Assembly: GCA_038727515.1 (NCBI GenBank)
Contig: JAVYVS010000002.1
Coordinates: forward strand, 96,001-160,000
Origin: Candidatus Methanomethylicia archaeon
GTDB lineage: Archaea > Thermoproteota > Methanomethylicia > Culexarchaeales > Culexarchaeaceae
Direction of reading: 5' to 3'
DNA: 64,000 nucleotides
This document shows, one piece after another, positions 60,404 through 64,000 of the stretch (positions are counted from its first letter, which is position 1; the number at the start of each line of letters is the position of its first letter). The notes beneath the pieces are model-generated. The model was not told where the DNA came from, ran no database searches, and worked only from the letters and a program-made list of their open reading frames with translations. The position numbers and the translations under genes are program-made.

Positions 60404-61783
60404 ATGGGTGAAGTGGATGTTAAGAAGCTTTTGGAGAGAGCTCAAAAACCATCTCTAATAGCTCCACAATTACACAAGTTTTATGAAGGTAAACTTCAAG
60501 TTATGCCAAAAGTTCCAGTTAGAACTTTAGATGATTTCTCAATATGGTATACGCCTGGTGTTGCTGCTGCATGTAGGAAGGTTCAGGAAAATCCAGATCT
60601 AAATAGCTTTGAGTATACCAATAGATGGAATTATGTAGCTGTTGTTAGTGATGGAACTAGAGTTTTAGGTTTAGGCGATATTGGACCTGAAGCTGCTATG
60701 CCAGTTATGGAGGGTAAAGCAGTTTTATTTAAGTATCTTGGTGGTGTAGATGCATTTCCATTATGTGTTAAAACTAAGGATCCAGATAAACTCATAGAAT
60801 TCCTAGAACTTATTGAACCAAGTTTTGGTGGAATAAATTTAGAAGATATTGAAAAACCTAAATGCTTCTATGTACTTGAAAAAGCTAGAGAGAAACTTCA
60901 AATACCAGTTTGGCATGATGATCAACAGGGAACTGCCACTGTAATTCTTGCTGCAGTTATTAATGCATTGAAGGTTGTTGGAAAGAAGCTTAATGAAGCT
61001 AAAATAGTTCTTGTTGGTGCTGGTGCAGCTAATATTAAGACTGCAGATGTTCTTGAAATTGCAGGTGCTAAACCTGGAAACATAGTAATGGTTGATAGTA
61101 AGGGTATATTGAATCCTGATAGACGTGATATAATTGAGAAGGAGAAGGATCCTTGGAAGTGGAAGTGGGCTTTGAAGAGTAATAGTGAAGGATTACGTGG
61201 AGGTATACCTGAAGCTTTAAAGGGTGCTGATGTATGTGTAGCTGCAAGCCGCCCCGGTCCAGGGGTTATAAAGAAGGAGTGGATTAAGGGTATGGCTGAT
61301 AACGCCATAGTTTTAGCATGTGCAAATCCAATACCTGAAATTTGGCCTTGGGAAGCTAAGGAGGGTGGTGCAAGAATTGTTGGTACTGGTAGATCTGATT
61401 TTCCAAATCAAGTAAACAATTCTCTTGGTTTTCCAGCAATATTTAGAGGTGTACTTGATGTTAAAGCTAGAACTGTTACTGATGAAATGTGTGTTGCTGC
61501 AGCTGAAGCTTTAGCTAAATTTGCTGAGAGGAAGGGGATTCATGAAGAGTATATTCTACCAACAATGGATGAATGGGAGGTTTATATTGAAGAAGCTGTG
61601 GCATGTGCATTGAAATCTATTGAGCAAGGTGTTGCTAGAGTTAAACTTAGTAGGAATGAGCTTTGGGAGAGAGCTTCAAAGATTATTAGTGATGCTAGAA
61701 GATCTCTTGAAGCTATTTGGAAGGCTGGAATTATTAGACCTCCTCCAAGTGAAGAAGAACTTTTAAGTTTTAAACCATCTTAA
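60404..61783 (+). CDS. NAD(P)-dependent malic enzyme
   Basis: YTPGVA, GLGDIG, MEGK, NLEDI, HDDQQGTA, GAGAA, ANPIPEI, NQVNN. Confidence 0.94.
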   Translation: MGEVDVKKLLERAQKPSLIAPQLHKFYEGKLQVMPKVPVRTLDDFSIWYTPGVAAACRKVQENPDLNSFEYTNRWNYVAVVSDGTRVLGLGDIGPEAAMPVMEGKAVLFKYLGGVDAFPLCVKTKDPDKLIEFLELIEPSFGGINLEDIEKPKCFYVLEKAREKLQIPVWHDDQQGTATVILAAVINALKVVGKKLNEAKIVLVGAGAANIKTADVLEIAGAKPGNIVMVDSKGILNPDRRDIIEKEKDPWKWKWALKSNSEGLRGGIPEALKGADVCVAASRPGPGVIKKEWIKGMADNAIVLACANPIPEIWPWEAKEGGARIVGTGRSDFPNQVNNSLGFPAIFRGVLDVKARTVTDEMCVAAAEALAKFAERKGIHEEYILPTMDEWEVYIEEAVACALKSIEQGVARVKLSRNELWERASKIISDARRSLEAIWKAGIIRPPPSEEELLSFKPS

Positions 61784-61813
61784 TAAATTTAAAAATTTGG
61801 GTAAATTTATCCC

Positions 61814-63208
61814 TTATATTCTTCCATTTTTTATATCTTTATGTATTGTTGTTGAAGCTATTCTACCAGTACCCATAGCTTCTATTACCGTTGCTTCTCC
61901 AAGTATTATATCTCCAGCTGCATATACACCCTTCATACTACTTCTACACTCTTCATCCACTATTATACATCCTTCTTCATTCACCTTTATTTCTGGGGTT
62001 GTTTTTGCTATTAATGGATTTGGATGACATCCAATTGCTATTATTGCTGAATCCACTTCAAATATGAATTCAGATCCCTTTATTGGGATAGGCCTCCTCC
62101 TACCACTTGCATCCGGTTCTCCAAGTTGCATTCTTAAACATTCAATTCCAATCAATTTATTTTCTTTATCACCGACAAATCTTATTGGTTGAGTTAGTAA
62201 TTGGAATTTTACACCCTCCTCTTTTGCATTTATAACTTCATCTCTTCTTGCAGGCATTTCCTCTTCAGTTCTCCTATATACAATGTATACTTCTTCAGCT
62301 TTTAATCTAATGGCTGTTCTAGCTGCATCCATAGCCACATTCCCACCACCTATAACTGCAACTTTCCTTCCAACTTTTATTGGTGTATCATATTTTGGGA
62401 ATAAATATGCCTTCATGAGGTTTACTCTAGTGAGGAATTCATTGGCTGTATATATGTTGACTAAAGTTTCTCCTGGTATACCTAGGAATTTTGGCATTCC
62501 AGCTCCAGTACCAATAAATACTGCTCTAAAACCACTTTGGAATAACTCCTTTATAGTATATGTTCTACCAATAACAGTATTCGTCTTTATATCAACTCCC
62601 AAATCCTTTAGATAGTTTATTTCATATTCAACTATCCTCTTTGGCAATCTAAATTCTGGAATTCCATAAACCAATACTCCCCCAGGTTTATGTAATGCTT
62701 CAAACATTGTTACTTCATATCCAAGTTTAGCTAGATCAGCTGCTACAGTTATACCTGCTGGTCCAGATCCAACTACAGCTATCTTTATACCATTAGATGG
62801 TGCTCTAGTTACTTCTTCCTTTATCACTCCCTCCTTTATAGCCCAATCAGCTATAAACCTCTCTAATGCACCTATAGCTATAGGCTCTTTAATTCTCTGT
62901 AGTGTACATTTAGCTTCACATTGAACTTCTTGTGGACATACTCTACCAGTTATTGCTGGTATAGCATCCTTCTCCTTTATAATCCTATATGCTCCCAAAA
63001 AGTCTTTTTCCACTATCTTCTTTATGAATTTAGGTATATCAACGTTTACTGGACATCCACTTACACATGGATAATTTGGGCATTGTAAACATCTCTTAGC
63101 TTCTTCTATTGCTTGTTCTTCAGTTAAACCTAAAGCAACTTCATTAAAACTATTCTTTCTATCTTCAATGGGAAGCTTATTCATTTCAACCCTCTTCTTT
63201 ATCGGCAT
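61814..63208 (-). CDS. nfnB: NfnB/SudA (GltD-like) large subunit of NADH-dependent ferredoxin:NADP+ oxidoreductase
   Basis: EAKRCLQC..C..GCP, GRVCPQE.QCE, GSGPAG, YGIPEFRL, GGGNVAMD. Confidence 0.9.
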   Translation of the reverse strand: MPIKKRVEMNKLPIEDRKNSFNEVALGLTEEQAIEEAKRCLQCPNYPCVSGCPVNVDIPKFIKKIVEKDFLGAYRIIKEKDAIPAITGRVCPQEVQCEAKCTLQRIKEPIAIGALERFIADWAIKEGVIKEEVTRAPSNGIKIAVVGSGPAGITVAADLAKLGYEVTMFEALHKPGGVLVYGIPEFRLPKRIVEYEINYLKDLGVDIKTNTVIGRTYTIKELFQSGFRAVFIGTGAGMPKFLGIPGETLVNIYTANEFLTRVNLMKAYLFPKYDTPIKVGRKVAVIGGGNVAMDAARTAIRLKAEEVYIVYRRTEEEMPARRDEVINAKEEGVKFQLLTQPIRFVGDKENKLIGIECLRMQLGEPDASGRRRPIPIKGSEFIFEVDSAIIAIGCHPNPLIAKTTPEIKVNEEGCIIVDEECRSSMKGVYAAGDIILGEATVIEAMGTGRIASTTIHKDIKNGRI

Positions 63209-63209
63209 T

Positions 63210-64000
63210 TCACTCACCCCTCCCCTCAAGATAAATCTTTAATGCCATTTGCTCCTCACTTCTATATGCATTTAACCTCATTAATAGTATATCAAAGTTT
63301 ACTTTGTGTGCATCGAATTCAGGTCCTTCAAAACATACAAATCTTGTTTCACCATTTACTTCAACTCTACATGCAGCACACATACCCATTCCACATACCA
63401 TTATTGGATTTAAACTTGCAATAGTCTTTATATTATATGGTTTTGTAACTTCTGCACAAACCTTCATCATTATTGCAGGCCCAACAGTTACAACTCTATC
63501 AACCTTCAATCCACTTTTTAATAGATCTCTTAATTCATCTGATACAAACCCCTTTCTCCCCTTTGATCCATCATCTGTAGTTATTCTAAGTTCATCACTT
63601 ACACTCATCATCTTATCTTCATATATAAGTAGATTTTTACTTCTAGCTCCTATTATCGATATAATCTTGTTTCCAGCATTCTTTAATTCTCTTGCTATTG
63701 GGTATATTGCTGGTATCCCCACTCCACCTCCTATGCATACCACTGTTCCAAATCTATCTATTTCTGATGGATTCCCCAATGGCCCTACAACATCCATAAT
63801 TGTTTCTCCCACATTAAGTTTACCAAGTTTATATGTTGAAACCCCAACTTCTTGGAATACTATGGTTATAATTCCATCCTTAGCATTCCAATCAGCTATT
63901 GTTAATGGTATTCTCTCACATTCTTCTCCAACTCTAATCACTATGAATTGTCCAGCTTTCACTTTTGATGCTATATCTGGATTATAAACTTCTATTTCTA
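63210..64000 (-). CDS. nfnA: NfnA/SudB small subunit, 5'-truncated by window edge
   Basis: GQF..R..ERIPLTI, GPLG, GGGVG, MVCGMGMCAAC, CFEGPEF; frame open to base 64000. Confidence 0.9.
   Translation of the reverse strand, partial: EIEVYNPDIASKVKAGQFIVIRVGEECERIPLTIADWNAKDGIITIVFQEVGVSTYKLGKLNVGETIMDVVGPLGNPSEIDRFGTVVCIGGGVGIPAIYPIARELKNAGNKIISIIGARSKNLLIYEDKMMSVSDELRITTDDGSKGRKGFVSDELRDLLKSGLKVDRVVTVGPAIMMKVCAEVTKPYNIKTIASLNPIMVCGMGMCAACRVEVNGETRFVCFEGPEFDAHKVNFDILLMRLNAYRSEEQMALKIYLEGRGE

Noticed and set aside
1-64000. Many antisense shadow ORFs (e.g. 15644..16069, 21894..22457, 40642..41043, 63304..63987) and convergent 3' overlaps
   Set aside because: Shadow ORFs lie opposite well-supported genes; short convergent overlaps are routine in compact archaeal genomes.
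1-64000. tRNA, rRNA, CRISPR arrays, transposases, integrases
   Set aside because: No cloverleaf or long GC-rich structural RNA, no regularly spaced repeats, and no recombinase/transposase motifs seen.

Overview
AT-rich, very gene-dense archaeal chromosomal segment. Crenarchaeal-type PolB, rps26e, class I LysRS, CofE and Tes point to a thermophilic anaerobic TACK/Thermoproteota lineage (Methanomethylicia/Culexarchaeia-like; inference). Housekeeping genes are interleaved with five notable elements. (1) A dispersed but complete complex-I-architecture set (A,B,C,D,H,I / J,J',K,N / L / M) whose D and B subunits keep [NiFe]-hydrogenase Cys motifs, and whose NuoL lateral helix carries a 27-aa tandem duplication like '2M' complexes that have an extra ion pump. 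(2) An A/V-ATPase membrane/rotor module (shortened subunit I, duplicated c, D-like ORF, C) with no catalytic A/B genes in the window. (3) Type IV pilus genes, including a major pilin at an extreme, origin-like strand-composition switch beside a secreted small peptide plus tandem-Lrp regulator pair. (4) Two abutting box C/D sRNAs whose guides look tRNA-directed. (5) NfnAB, malic enzyme and fumarase. No rRNA, tRNA, CRISPR array, transposase or integrase was seen. All calls come from motif recognition by eye; no database searches were run.
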